Part shown: piece after piece, positions 8,315 through 19,049 of the stretch | Numbering within the stretch: the stretch's first letter is position 1 | Layout of the letters: every line of letters begins with the position of its first letter | From: an uncultured Gammaproteobacteria bacterium | Lineage (GTDB): Bacteria > Pseudomonadota > Gammaproteobacteria > UBA6002 | Direction: 5' to 3' | DNA length: 64,000 nt | Assembly: GCA_963705725.1 (NCBI GenBank) | Contig: CAVPKM010000009.1 | Coordinates: 32,001 to 96,000, forward strand | Translations under genes and position numbers: made by a program | The notes under the pieces: model-generated | What the model was told of the DNA's origin: nothing | The model's input: only the letters and a program-made list of their open reading frames with translations | Databases searched by the model: none

Positions 8315-11300
8315 TTAGTGATAATAACGTGATAGAGAGGAAGATTCTTGCTCATTAGATTGCAAACTATCAGTCTCCATACTAAACACCAATTTTTCTA
8401 ATGCTAAGTTCGAAACTTGCGTAGCAGCTTCAAAATTATTTTGGATTAACTGAGATAATTGTACAAGCATAGTCTTTAAGTTTGCATTTTCTCGTTTTAA
8501 TGGTGAAAAGTTATCAGCAGATAAAGCATCACAAGAAAATGTTAAGGAACCGTGATATTCAAGAAATAAGGAAGTACCTGCTTTAGCAACGTCAGGATTA
8601 TTTTTTACTAAAAAACACAAATCAATCAATTTATTTTTCAAATTTTCATTTTCTTGTTCTAATCGATTATCTGCATAAGAATGATCACTAGACAGTTGCT
8701 TATCATTTTGATTTGTTTCAAAAAAAGCGCTGATAGATTCTAAAAATAAGGAAGGCAATTGCGCTTGCGTATAATTTTGTTTTAAATGGATATTTTTAAT
8801 AAGATAAGTAATTATTTGATCAATGGGTAATATATTGTTAGACATAAGAATAAGATTTTTTATTTCATTTGCGATTTGATCTGTGTTAGCTAAAATAGTT
8901 TTTAAATAATTAGATAAATCCTTAATTATTTTTTCCGCAGCACCTTTAAACTCTTTTTTATTATTTTCAAGAAAATAATTTACCGCACTAAAAAACTCGC
9001 TCAAAGCAGACGTTTGTACAATCAAACTAATATTTAAATTCCTTGTTTTCGATAGCGTAATCGCATTATCACTACCACTTTCATCGGCTAAATTACCTAG
9101 ATGCCAAAATATAGATGTCGATATTTCTAAACCAGCTCGATATCTTAAATCCAATAGTTCATTACATAGAAATTTAATAGTTTCCAGTGAACCATGCAGA
9201 ATGATGTAATGCAACAGCATGCTGTCATAAATATATTTTTGTTTTAACATATCAAAAGTAATATGATGCTTTAATTTATTCCATAGTAATTTAAATATTT
9301 TATAATTACTGGCATCGTATAATAACCTTAATTGATAGAAATAAATTATTTCGTCTGATTTACATGATTTGATTAGTAATTCAAAAATGGAATAATCAAC
9401 TTTTGCAAGCAAAGCAAACCTCAAAAGTGACAATCCCGATTGAAACGGCGGATGCTTAGCATAGAAATCGCTTAATTGACAAAGATAAGAACTAAACGAA
9501 ACTGATGATAATGAAAGGATAGCAGGGCTAAATGAGTCATTCAAAGCAAGCTGTAAAGGCAGATATTGTGGTGTTTTATCGATATTTTCTATTGTTTTAT
9601 TTTCAACAACAAGAAGATTCATTACTTCATTCATTGGAGAATTGATCAGCTTAGTATTGTAACACTCTATATAACTATTTATAGTCATTTTATTACGAGT
9701 ACTAATATTATTAAGACAGGGTAAATAGGTAGTATAATAGCACAGCAAATTAAAATGTATTTTTCGTATTTCTACAATAGCAGCTTGATATTTTTCCTTA
9801 CTATTAGCTAGCAATAAACCCTGCAAAGATTTTGGCAAAATAGGATTAATTTTTGTTTTATAATAATTTATTTCTCTTACAGCCTGCGTATTTTCTTCTA
9901 ATTCTAGGTAAGTATTTTGATTAAATGAATTCATTTCCTTTGTTAAATAACTAAAAAATTCAGCGAGGCTATTTTCATCAAGCTCTTCTAGGATATATCG
10001 AGATAATTCTAAAATAAGTGCTCCGGATGAATAAAGTGAATTATCCTCATATTCACTCTGCTGGAACCTGGTTTCTGATAGCCAGATTATTAGCTCTGGA
10101 TTCAATTGCAGCATACCGTTTAATGCGTCATAAAATGTTTGTATTTTAGAAATACCAAGAGGATTAACTATGATCAATTTTTTTTCAAAATACATTCCTA
10201 ATATGTACTGAATTGGATCATTCGATTCTTTTGAAATAAATAATCCAGGTCGATTTGTCTTATCGCTTAATAAAATTAATTTACTTAATTGTAATTGAAA
10301 TTTTTCAATGTATTTACTATCCTCAACATCGCTAAAGAGGTAATAGACACAATGTGATGAATTTTTAAATGAAGGTAAAAAACAATCAAAGAAAGAAGCA
10401 TCATATGATGAATGAAAATCCAAACAATTCGCAGCCTGATTATCTCCTAAAAATTTTTGCACAACTTTGGATAAAGTTGACGTAATTGATTTGTTAACTG
10501 GTGCTCCTTTCTTCAATAATAGACTGATTGTTTCTTTCTGTTGAGAGCTAACAGCCAATGCTAAAGCACTTGCTCCATAATATAACGAAGACTGTAACGC
10601 TTTCCTACAATCGTATTCATTCAAAAAAAATTCAATTAGGCTACTATCTTTAAAAGAGATGGCTTCTGCCAATACAAGAGGATGAAGAAAAGTCCCTTTA
10701 TCTATAAAGCAGGATAAAATCGCTTTTCTGTAATCATTTATTTCTTCTTTGTTAGGCACATTTTTACTTTTTTCCATGATGCGTTTGAACACCGTTTCTC
10801 CCGCATAAGAAGCTAATAAAAATTTTTGTTTCTTTCCCGGATGTTCTCGTCGTAATAGAAGAAATAATAAACAAGTATCTTTGACCGATATCCCCTCCCA
10901 TAGCGTTTTCACGACGTCCACATATTTCACAAGCGCGTGCATAGCAGGGGAAATGCAAGATCTTCCCATTTCTAACTTAATTCCCATGGGGATTAAACTA
11001 TTAGCAATAAAATCAGATAATTCACTTGGCATGAGTTTGTCTGTCGAATGTAGCAAATCGCACAACAAATAGTCTAAAAGATGGCATTCATGACTATCTA
11101 AGGCATTGATCTTAGCGCCGCACTCAATAAAGAATTCGATTAATTTGATGTTTTTTGTTTTAGCAGAAATCAACACTAAAGGATAAGCATAAAGCTGTTT
11201 TGAATTCGAAAACTCAGCAAAGAAAGTATCAATTAATTTTTTTAAATCAGAGAAATCGATTCTTATTTTATATTCAATAAGTTGATGGATTATTTTCGCA

Positions 11301-14300
11301 AACAATGCCATATAATAAGCAGAGTTAATCGTAGGATATTTTTTTATTCCTTCAGAGAACATTTTTAAGGACACACAAAGTTGCGGTATAATATTCTCAA
11401 TATCCTTTGCACCCAATCCTTTAATCAATGCCAGGTATCCCTGAAATTTATAAAAATCAAACGTTTGTTTATTAATTCGTTGATATTTTTTTTCACATTC
11501 TGATAGTATCTGTGGATATTGTTTAGCAGATAAAATTAAATTAATAATGTTGCTTACAAACATTTCTTCATTAAAATCTTCTGCGATTTCTGTAGGAATT
11601 TCAGACAAAACTATAGCATGTTCTTCTAAAAATTCATCTGCTTTATTCTGAGGAGTAGTCATTTCATGAAATAGATCATATTCTTGAATCAGCATGCCTG
11701 GTAATGAAGAACCTGATATTTTATCTATTCCGTCCAACATTTTAACAATATGCTTTATCGCGATTACAGGTTTTTCTATCACATCTAAGATAACTTTTTT
11801 GAATATTTCAAAATCTTTTTCTTTTTCGTTAATCAATTTTTCTAGTTTACTTTTTTCGGTTAGCAATTGAAGCAAATTAAAACCGTCAAGTTGTTCAAGA
11901 AGTCCTTCCACTGTTTTTTTATGTTCTTCTTGAGAAATCTGATTAGCTCTCAACTGATTTTCTAAGGAATTGAGCTTTTTGATCGTTTCCGATTGATCAA
12001 TAATCTCATCTCGGCTAGTCGTTAAGGTGTATACTGTAGTTTGCAGTTCTACAATTGCATTTTGATTAGACTGAATCGATTTTATATGTTGTTGAATAGC
12101 TTTTTTTGTTCCAAGATAATCCTTTTCATACACTGCAAATAAAATACTGCCTCGAGCAGATTGTTGATAAGGAATTTTATACCATCCGACAAAGCTTCTA
12201 TTATCTCGTTTATCTGTACTTAAGTTTTCCGCTTCAAGATCAACAAAATGAATAACAAAAGGATAAGGATCATTATTGATATAGTTAACTGTTTTATAGA
12301 TATTCCCAAAATATCCATTCCACCAACTATCTTGATTTTCAACGTCAATCGGAATTTTTTTTAATTCAATCAATTGAGTAGATCGCTCTAATTTAGCAAT
12401 TAATTCATTCAGAGTTTTATTTTCGTTTCTTAATTTTTGTATTTCCTCATTATATTTTGCAATCTGCTTATTAAAATCATTGATAAGTGTGACTTCGTAA
12501 CCAGGAGCATGCCCACCGTTTAAAGTTATTAATTCTTTTAGTTTTTGTGCTGATAAATGTATTTTTAATTCATTTTTTACACAAGGAATAATTTCATCTG
12601 TAAGATGAGTATTGGCACCCGTTAATCCTTCCAAAAGTATTTTAAAATCAACTATGTTAGCCACCTCGTAATCGCCACTTGATTTGATATAATAAAGTAC
12701 TCTGTAAGTATCGCCCCAAATATAGCTATTCTTAAACTTTGTTCTATCTGCTGGTAAATCCTTCATTAAATAGAGATCACACCCTCCTACATAGGCATCA
12801 CATTCATTATTATTGTCATTAACTTGTCCACCATTTTCAGAATCTAAGTAGGATTTTTTTAAATTCTCTACAGCTTGCTGCGAGCTAACAATTTGATTTT
12901 GTTTTTCAAGTGATTCTTTATAGCTCTCAATTTGCTTTTTTGCTTCTATGCACTTTTTTATTTGATCAATCCAATGTGGGACTTTTTTATCAATAGCTTG
13001 GCCTAAAACTAATCTGTCTGGATCATTTTTGAAATCAAATACCGTTTTATCGACAAAAACTTGGCTTACACAACAACGTGAAAGCCACTCATTAATTTTT
13101 TCCTTTGTTTCATCATTTTCAAAATTAACGAGAATAATGCCATTGCTTTCTATATTCCCATCATCATCTTTGTGCATTTTTGATTTTAAAACATTCAATA
13201 GTTTCTTGTATTTTTCAAAAGTTTCAGGATGATGTTCCGGACTTCTATGATCTTGTATAGCAATATATGCATCCATGAGGTTTTTTTCAGCTTCTTTAGA
13301 TCTTTCATTTACAAAATCATAAACACCTTCAATATTTTCGCTTATTCCACATTTATTGATTAAAAATAAAACTGGTATGCTTTCTAATCTAGATATGAAC
13401 TTATTCAAGGTATTTGCCAAAGCGGGAAAACCTTCAAAACGCGCTACATTAAGCGATGGCCAATCAATAACAACAATAATTCCCCTGACAATTTTTACGG
13501 CATTAATAAAACGCTGAATTGAAATTGAATTATGAATTTTATTATTCTCACCAGTATCACCAAAACCAGGACAATCGGCTAAAAAATTTCCTTCTTGAGT
13601 TTGATAAATTTTAATTTCCGTTGTACAACTTATTCCTTTTGAACTTGTTTTAGCTAAAACTGAATTTGAAAATATTTTTTTTTCGATTTCTAATTTTTCA
13701 TCTATGAATTTATAAAGCGGATAGAGAACAGTATTTATTGTATTATTCAAAGTTTCACGGGCTTGGCGAACCTGAGCAAATTTTTTTATAATTTGATTGT
13801 TGCTAATTTTATATAATTGCTGAAGAAAAGAATTTTCTTCAACTTTAACTAAAGTTGAATCATGATGTACATCTAGTAAATGAAGCATCATCCATTGACT
13901 TTTATCATGAGAAAATATAAATAAAAAACCTTCTAATTGATGTTTTTTATCTCGATATTCTTCCTTCCATTCAAAAATTTGCTTTTCATATTCCATTGTA
14001 TCTTTATTTTTGTCTCTTTGAGGTACAGGATAGATAATCGCTATGTCACAGTACATAATCTCGGATTTTGACTGTCCAGTTTGTTGAAATATGGCGTGTT
14101 GCCCCAGATTATAATTAATGCTGGTGCTTTTTCCTGCTCCCGTTGTTCCTATAACCAAAAATACTTCTTTTTCTTTTGCTTGATCGAGTGTTGCATGAAA
14201 TGCCTCATTTTTTAAGCCTAACTCTACCACAGCTTTAAGAGTTGGAGCTAAATTGTCAGCCCATTTACTGTTAGATTCAGCTATTAACTGTTCTTGATTA

Positions 14301-14305
14301 AACAT
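8315..14305 (-). CDS. 1996-aa multidomain protein: P-loop GTPase, coiled coils, ankyrin-like repeats, possible CE-clan protease-like module
   Basis: G1 IGTTGAGKST, G3 ADCPGFGDT, G4 FLINK; heptad-rich segments; ANK-like GASALALAVSSQQKETISLLLKKGAPVN. Confidence 0.75.
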   Translation of the reverse strand: MFNQEQLIAESNSKWADNLAPTLKAVVELGLKNEAFHATLDQAKEKEVFLVIGTTGAGKSTSINYNLGQHAIFQQTGQSKSEIMYCDIAIIYPVPQRDKNKDTMEYEKQIFEWKEEYRDKKHQLEGFLFIFSHDKSQWMMLHLLDVHHDSTLVKVEENSFLQQLYKISNNQIIKKFAQVRQARETLNNTINTVLYPLYKFIDEKLEIEKKIFSNSVLAKTSSKGISCTTEIKIYQTQEGNFLADCPGFGDTGENNKIHNSISIQRFINAVKIVRGIIVVIDWPSLNVARFEGFPALANTLNKFISRLESIPVLFLINKCGISENIEGVYDFVNERSKEAEKNLMDAYIAIQDHRSPEHHPETFEKYKKLLNVLKSKMHKDDDGNIESNGIILVNFENDETKEKINEWLSRCCVSQVFVDKTVFDFKNDPDRLVLGQAIDKKVPHWIDQIKKCIEAKKQIESYKESLEKQNQIVSSQQAVENLKKSYLDSENGGQVNDNNNECDAYVGGCDLYLMKDLPADRTKFKNSYIWGDTYRVLYYIKSSGDYEVANIVDFKILLEGLTGANTHLTDEIIPCVKNELKIHLSAQKLKELITLNGGHAPGYEVTLINDFNKQIAKYNEEIQKLRNENKTLNELIAKLERSTQLIELKKIPIDVENQDSWWNGYFGNIYKTVNYINNDPYPFVIHFVDLEAENLSTDKRDNRSFVGWYKIPYQQSARGSILFAVYEKDYLGTKKAIQQHIKSIQSNQNAIVELQTTVYTLTTSRDEIIDQSETIKKLNSLENQLRANQISQEEHKKTVEGLLEQLDGFNLLQLLTEKSKLEKLINEKEKDFEIFKKVILDVIEKPVIAIKHIVKMLDGIDKISGSSLPGMLIQEYDLFHEMTTPQNKADEFLEEHAIVLSEIPTEIAEDFNEEMFVSNIINLILSAKQYPQILSECEKKYQRINKQTFDFYKFQGYLALIKGLGAKDIENIIPQLCVSLKMFSEGIKKYPTINSAYYMALFAKIIHQLIEYKIRIDFSDLKKLIDTFFAEFSNSKQLYAYPLVLISAKTKNIKLIEFFIECGAKINALDSHECHLLDYLLCDLLHSTDKLMPSELSDFIANSLIPMGIKLEMGRSCISPAMHALVKYVDVVKTLWEGISVKDTCLLFLLLRREHPGKKQKFLLASYAGETVFKRIMEKSKNVPNKEEINDYRKAILSCFIDKGTFLHPLVLAEAISFKDSSLIEFFLNEYDCRKALQSSLYYGASALALAVSSQQKETISLLLKKGAPVNKSITSTLSKVVQKFLGDNQAANCLDFHSSYDASFFDCFLPSFKNSSHCVYYLFSDVEDSKYIEKFQLQLSKLILLSDKTNRPGLFISKESNDPIQYILGMYFEKKLIIVNPLGISKIQTFYDALNGMLQLNPELIIWLSETRFQQSEYEDNSLYSSGALILELSRYILEELDENSLAEFFSYLTKEMNSFNQNTYLELEENTQAVREINYYKTKINPILPKSLQGLLLANSKEKYQAAIVEIRKIHFNLLCYYTTYLPCLNNISTRNKMTINSYIECYNTKLINSPMNEVMNLLVVENKTIENIDKTPQYLPLQLALNDSFSPAILSLSSVSFSSYLCQLSDFYAKHPPFQSGLSLLRFALLAKVDYSIFELLIKSCKSDEIIYFYQLRLLYDASNYKIFKLLWNKLKHHITFDMLKQKYIYDSMLLHYIILHGSLETIKFLCNELLDLRYRAGLEISTSIFWHLGNLADESGSDNAITLSKTRNLNISLIVQTSALSEFFSAVNYFLENNKKEFKGAAEKIIKDLSNYLKTILANTDQIANEIKNLILMSNNILPIDQIITYLIKNIHLKQNYTQAQLPSLFLESISAFFETNQNDKQLSSDHSYADNRLEQENENLKNKLIDLCFLVKNNPDVAKAGTSLFLEYHGSLTFSCDALSADNFSPLKRENANLKTMLVQLSQLIQNNFEAATQVSNLALEKLVFSMETDSLQSNEQESSSLSRYYH

Positions 14306-14366
14306 TGAATTTACCTTAGGGTCAGCGAAAAATTATTATATAAAAATTATAAAACTAGTAACTATT

Positions 14367-15086
14367 TCAATTTGTCAGGCATCTATCACTGTCTTCTTCT
14401 AATAATTTATCTATTTCTTTCAAATGGTTATTAATTTTTTTTATGTTAAAGAATGTATTTGCTCCCAAATATATAGAAGCACCTAGCAGCATTGTTCCAG
14501 CAAAAAAAAGATTACACCCTGGAAATATGTTTGACTTAATTTGTTGAGAATAAAGATAGGCCTCAACTCTTAATGGGCACATGGATGTATTACTATCGCT
14601 ATCCAAGCTAATATAGTTATCATAATCTTCAATAATTTTTAGAAAAAACCCATTTAATAATTTTTCTTGAAAACAACATGCTATACAGGTTAAGCATACC
14701 CCTAATGTAGCGCCACACGTCATAACACACCTAAATAGTTCATTGTTTAAAAAAGAGTAGGCTTCTTTATAGAATTTTTTTTGATTAAGTCTTTCCGTTT
14801 TTAATTTTAAAAACTCATCAATTTGAACTAAAAATATGTCTGTCTGAAGGAATAATTCATCACGGTCATTGTTTAGCAGAAATATTTTTTTGATATCATC
14901 CGCTTCACCCATAAAGCAATCAAAATTTGATAAAAACCATTTTTTATGATCAGAAACTGCTTGCTTTACGAGTATGCTAAATAATCTCGGTAATTCGCGC
15001 GCTGATATTCTCTTTTTATTTAAATAGTCTTGTATCTTTTGATTAATATCTTTAGGGGTTACAGTAAGCTCTGTAAAATACTTCAT
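14367..15086 (-). CDS. Hypothetical protein with two hydrophobic Cys-rich segments
   Basis: 239-aa ORF with GAGG RBS; hydrophobic stretches CGATLGVCLTCIACC and LFFAGTMLLGASIYLG. Confidence 0.65.
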   Translation of the reverse strand: MKYFTELTVTPKDINQKIQDYLNKKRISARELPRLFSILVKQAVSDHKKWFLSNFDCFMGEADDIKKIFLLNNDRDELFLQTDIFLVQIDEFLKLKTERLNQKKFYKEAYSFLNNELFRCVMTCGATLGVCLTCIACCFQEKLLNGFFLKIIEDYDNYISLDSDSNTSMCPLRVEAYLYSQQIKSNIFPGCNLFFAGTMLLGASIYLGANTFFNIKKINNHLKEIDKLLEEDSDRCLTN

Positions 15087-15105
15087 CTCAACCTCGAATT
15101 TATTT

Positions 15106-16893
15106 TTATTTAAAGTGAATACTTAATTGTTCGGAAAGCGCGGATATAAAATTATTTTTTTGCTCTGCAGAATAATGCGTTGAAATCACTGGCGGTTTAG
15201 CTGGTGGTGGCATTTGAAACCAAGCTGCATAATTTGATCTTGAATTAGTATTCGATAATTTTTTTGAATTTATTTCACGCACTTTATCAGCATCCTGTTG
15301 ATATTTTTTTGTTACTGAATTTTCTTGCAGCTTTAATTCCATCACTGCTTGCTGCTGACTTTGGGTTAATAACCACTGATAATTACCTACAAAATCAAAC
15401 CATTGTTGCTTAAATAGAGACACTAATTCGTTCAGTTCTTTGCGATGTTGATCGATTTTTACAAGCTGAGACTGTATTTGTGACAACGATTCCTTGCAAT
15501 TTTTTTTCAGCTGTTCCAATTTATTCCAAAGAATATTACAGATTTCAAGATTTGGATTACAACTGAATTTTTTGTTTTCTGAACGATGATTATCATCTAC
15601 TTGAAGATCCATTGTTTCTTTAATAATGTTTATTGAACGGAACAGTTGAATAAACAAAGTTTGATAAATTTCAATAAATAATTGCAGTTGTGTTTTAGTT
15701 TCTTTACGCGCTATAAGTGAGCCATCTTGATGTAATAAGTAAGAAGCAGTCCGAATTAGCCTTGCTAATCTTGCTATAATTTCCAAATATCCTAAGAGGC
15801 TAAATGCTGCCTGCAAAGATTCTTCATGCTTTGCATGACAGAAAATTTTCAATATTCCTGTTTTTTCTGCAACCTCAATTGGCTCAAGCTGATCCATGCG
15901 TAGCCGATCAATTATAACCGCAGGAACATTGCCAGATTGAGTTAAAAATATGGTATTGCTACTCTCAGATAGCGACTGGGTCTGCTCGTTTCTTGTTACA
16001 TAATGCATGATTTTATTTATAAAATGGTTACCATCCAATAAATTCTGCAATTCATAATGCACTGCACTGTTTCCAAAAAATAATTCTTTAATATCTTTAC
16101 TTGCAGCAAATTTATATAAGTAATTAAACCAAGTTTTAGCAAGCATTTTTTGATGGAACTCTCTGTCAATATTTTTATCATAAAAACTTGCCAGATTAAA
16201 ATCTAAAGGCAACGCTTCATAAGTCATCATGTGAGCAACATATTCAAAACTAAGCTCAACTGTAACCTTGGTAGCATGCGATAAAATATCCAGATAATCT
16301 GCAATTGTGCGGCGACTTAATTCTAATTCAATCTCTTGATAAACCTGACTAAATAATCCATTCAAGTTTCCTAAAAGCCATTGCAATGTATAAGGGAGTT
16401 GTCTTTCTTCGTGATGAGGAAATAATAGTTCTTTGTTTGGCAAGGTCGCAACTTTAAGTCGTTCAATAAATTTTTTCCAATTGTCTACGGTATTAAGTAA
16501 TGTATCATTGATAGCTGATCCAACAAAACCTAGCTTAAAATCTTGAAGCATTTGTATACAAAGCAAGCTCTGTGGATCATTATTATATGTTGAGGATTTA
16601 CTTAGCCTTCCCACTAGGTATTTGAGAATTTTGGACTGAATTAAATTAGCATAACTGGTTAAAAGATGACTTTCTGTGTAACGATCGAATGGATTCATCG
16701 ATTCCATTGTTACACCTCTTAGCGGCACTCCCTCTGTATCAGTTTCTAAAAATGTATGCGCTAGGGCGGTTTTTGCATCACCATTTTGTTTAATGGTTTC
16801 AACATATAGATTCTGTAATTTCTTAAGGGTTTGCAACTGTCTTTCGGTATAATTTGCAATAAATCGCCAATTATCCCATTTATATTTCAACAT
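15106..16893 (-). CDS. Hypothetical helical/coiled-coil protein
   Basis: 595-aa ORF with GGAG upstream; no recognised motif; C-terminal coiled coil. Confidence 0.7.
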   Translation of the reverse strand: MLKYKWDNWRFIANYTERQLQTLKKLQNLYVETIKQNGDAKTALAHTFLETDTEGVPLRGVTMESMNPFDRYTESHLLTSYANLIQSKILKYLVGRLSKSSTYNNDPQSLLCIQMLQDFKLGFVGSAINDTLLNTVDNWKKFIERLKVATLPNKELLFPHHEERQLPYTLQWLLGNLNGLFSQVYQEIELELSRRTIADYLDILSHATKVTVELSFEYVAHMMTYEALPLDFNLASFYDKNIDREFHQKMLAKTWFNYLYKFAASKDIKELFFGNSAVHYELQNLLDGNHFINKIMHYVTRNEQTQSLSESSNTIFLTQSGNVPAVIIDRLRMDQLEPIEVAEKTGILKIFCHAKHEESLQAAFSLLGYLEIIARLARLIRTASYLLHQDGSLIARKETKTQLQLFIEIYQTLFIQLFRSINIIKETMDLQVDDNHRSENKKFSCNPNLEICNILWNKLEQLKKNCKESLSQIQSQLVKIDQHRKELNELVSLFKQQWFDFVGNYQWLLTQSQQQAVMELKLQENSVTKKYQQDADKVREINSKKLSNTNSRSNYAAWFQMPPPAKPPVISTHYSAEQKNNFISALSEQLSIHFK

Positions 16894-16958
16894 GCTAAAA
16901 AATACTCCCTGTATTCAGTTATTGTTCACTCCCTCGCACACATTACTATGATTTAGAA

Positions 16959-17131
16959 GTAACTGTTCAGCACAAATGCTTGAAGTCGCTAAACGTTCAG
17001 ATTTTAGCTAGATTCGGACAAAAAATTTAATTAAAAAGCGGAGCATACAATAAGTAGTGAGCAGTTTTAATTAAGTTTTTTGTTCGAAGATGGCAAAATA
17101 TGGACGTTTCAACCCTGTGCTGAATAGTTAC
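16959..17131. mobile_element. Palindromic MITE, full copy A (173 bp)
   Basis: Ends GTAACTGTTCAGCAC / GTGCTGAATAGTTAC; flanks GATTTAGAA / CATTTAGAA; close reverse complement of copy B at 55292. Confidence 0.88.
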
Positions 17132-17134
17132 CAT

Positions 17135-18109
17135 TTAGAAATGCTGGTAACCTTTCCATACAAAGGGCCATTTCTTATTTTCTTCGTCTAGAATTATTAA
17201 ATCTTGTACCTCAGTTATTCGACCAATACAAGTATAAGAAAAGCCTTTCTGATTCAATTTTTCTATTTTCATTTTGTTTTGCGGTGACAAGGTAAAACAG
17301 AGTTCATAATCGTCCCCTGCACTCAAAGCTAATTCATATCTCTTCCTTTTTGACAATTTTTCTAAACTTTTAGAAATTGGAATTTTATTTAGCTCGAGTT
17401 CTGCCCCTACTTGATTAGTCTTTAAAATATGCGTTAGATCCGCTAATAAACCATCTGAAATATCAATCGCTGCGCTGGCAAGAGAAGCGATTGCCGCAGC
17501 TTCTTTAATGCGCGGAGTAGGATACCATAGAGACGCATTTAACTTTTTTATTTCTTCAATATCAAACAGTGCAGCATCGATTTCATGCTTGAGGATCGCC
17601 AGTGCAAGCGCTGCATTTCCCAAGGTATGCGTAACATAAATATCATCACCAACTTGTGCGCCGAAACGACGCAAAGCTTTTCCTGCAGACGCGAAGCCCA
17701 TAATTTGCGTAGTGACAGACAGGAATCCTCTAGTGGTATTACCGCCCACTAAATCCACATGATATTCTTTTAGTATTTTAAAAAGTCCTGCTGAGAAATC
17801 AGCAAGCCATTTTTCGTCCGGTTCTGGCAAGGTAAGAGAAAGCAACAACCACGAGGGGTCTCCTCCCATTGCCGCCATATCGCTCAAGCTCACAGCAGCA
17901 CAACGATAACCAATTTCAAAAGGTGTAGTAATAGGTAAAAAATGACGGTTCAATAATAACGTGTCAGTGGAAACCAGCAATTCCTTATCAGGAGGCACAC
18001 GTAAAATCGCACAATCATCGCCTATACCTAAGACGACATCATTACGATAATGGCTTTGCGTAAAGAAAGATTTAATGATAGCAAATTCATCAAGTGGCAC
18101 TGTCATCAC
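17135..18109 (-). CDS. thiL: Thiamine-phosphate kinase
   Basis: GIGDDCA, SLSDMAAMGG, DISDGL, GDDYELCFT; follows nusB. Confidence 0.97.
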   Translation of the reverse strand: MMTVPLDEFAIIKSFFTQSHYRNDVVLGIGDDCAILRVPPDKELLVSTDTLLLNRHFLPITTPFEIGYRCAAVSLSDMAAMGGDPSWLLLSLTLPEPDEKWLADFSAGLFKILKEYHVDLVGGNTTRGFLSVTTQIMGFASAGKALRRFGAQVGDDIYVTHTLGNAALALAILKHEIDAALFDIEEIKKLNASLWYPTPRIKEAAAIASLASAAIDISDGLLADLTHILKTNQVGAELELNKIPISKSLEKLSKRKRYELALSAGDDYELCFTLSPQNKMKIEKLNQKGFSYTCIGRITEVQDLIILDEENKKWPFVWKGYQHF

Positions 18110-18566
18110 GTTGGTGTTGCTGTTTAGCGCGACTTAATTGTACTTCAAGCGTACGAAGTATTTTCGCAAGTCTATCCAATACTCCATTAACAAATTTAAA
18201 TCCCTCTTGTGCTCCAAATTTTTTAGTCACCTGAAGCGCCTCGTTAATGATAACTTTATAGGGTACATCTTGACGATAAATCAGCTCATACAAAGCAATG
18301 CGCAAAATAGCTAATTCTACCGGATTGAGTTCATGGAAGGGACGGTCAATCGCTTGATCGATATAATTATCTAGCTCGGTTAAATTTTTTGGTACGTTAT
18401 GAAGTATTTCCGTGAAGTATGCTGTGTCTACTTTGGCCATATCATTATCTTCATGGAATTGAATTTCAATTTCAGTTGGAGGTTCTTGAGTAAATTGCCA
18501 TTGATAAATGGCCTGCATAGCGAGAATACGCGCCCTATGCCTGGCAAGAGTTTTTGGATTAGTCAT
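18090..18566 (-). CDS. nusB: Transcription antitermination factor NusB
   Basis: [33 protein letters not shown]. Confidence 0.98.
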   Translation of the reverse strand: MTNPKTLARHRARILAMQAIYQWQFTQEPPTEIEIQFHEDNDMAKVDTAYFTEILHNVPKNLTELDNYIDQAIDRPFHELNPVELAILRIALYELIYRQDVPYKVIINEALQVTKKFGAQEGFKFVNGVLDRLAKILRTLEVQLSRAKQQHQRDDSAT

Positions 18567-19029
18567 TATTTTCTTCTTGATTTACTTCTAAGCGGTCGAT
18601 TTCTTCTTTAAAGGCATTCACATCTTGGAAACTACGGTAAACTGATGCAAAACGAACATAGGCAACTTGATCTACTTCACGAAGTTCTTGCATGACTAAT
18701 TCGCCAATTAGCTTGGAGCTAATTTCTTTTTCCCCAGAAGAACGGAGCTGATGGATAATTTTATTGACAGCTAAATCAATGACTTCCACACTTACCGGAC
18801 GCTTCTCTAGCGCTCTTGTCATGCCTCTACGTAATTTTTCTTCATCAAATGGACTACGTCGGCCATCATTTTTAATAATGCGAGGTAAAATTAACTCCGC
18901 AATTTCATAGGTGGTAAAGCGTTCCTTGCAGGTGACACATTCCCGTCTTCGTCTAACCTGATTGCTTTCGCTTACTAAACGAGAATCAATTACCTTTGAA
19001 TCCGGGGTATTACAAAAAGGACAATGCAT
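18559..19029 (-). CDS. nrdR: Transcriptional repressor NrdR
   Basis: MHCPFC...[15 protein letters not shown]; [10 protein letters not shown]. Confidence 0.98.
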   Translation of the reverse strand: MHCPFCNTPDSKVIDSRLVSESNQVRRRRECVTCKERFTTYEIAELILPRIIKNDGRRSPFDEEKLRRGMTRALEKRPVSVEVIDLAVNKIIHQLRSSGEKEISSKLIGELVMQELREVDQVAYVRFASVYRSFQDVNAFKEEIDRLEVNQEENND

Positions 19030-19049
19030 GTAGCGTTAACCTCTAGCCA

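Noticed and set aside
14367-14381. C-terminal CLTN of the 239-aa protein as a fifth CaaX tail
   Set aside because: Cys is at -4, but T/N fit aaX poorly and it lacks the SC.VM pattern; possible but unsupported.
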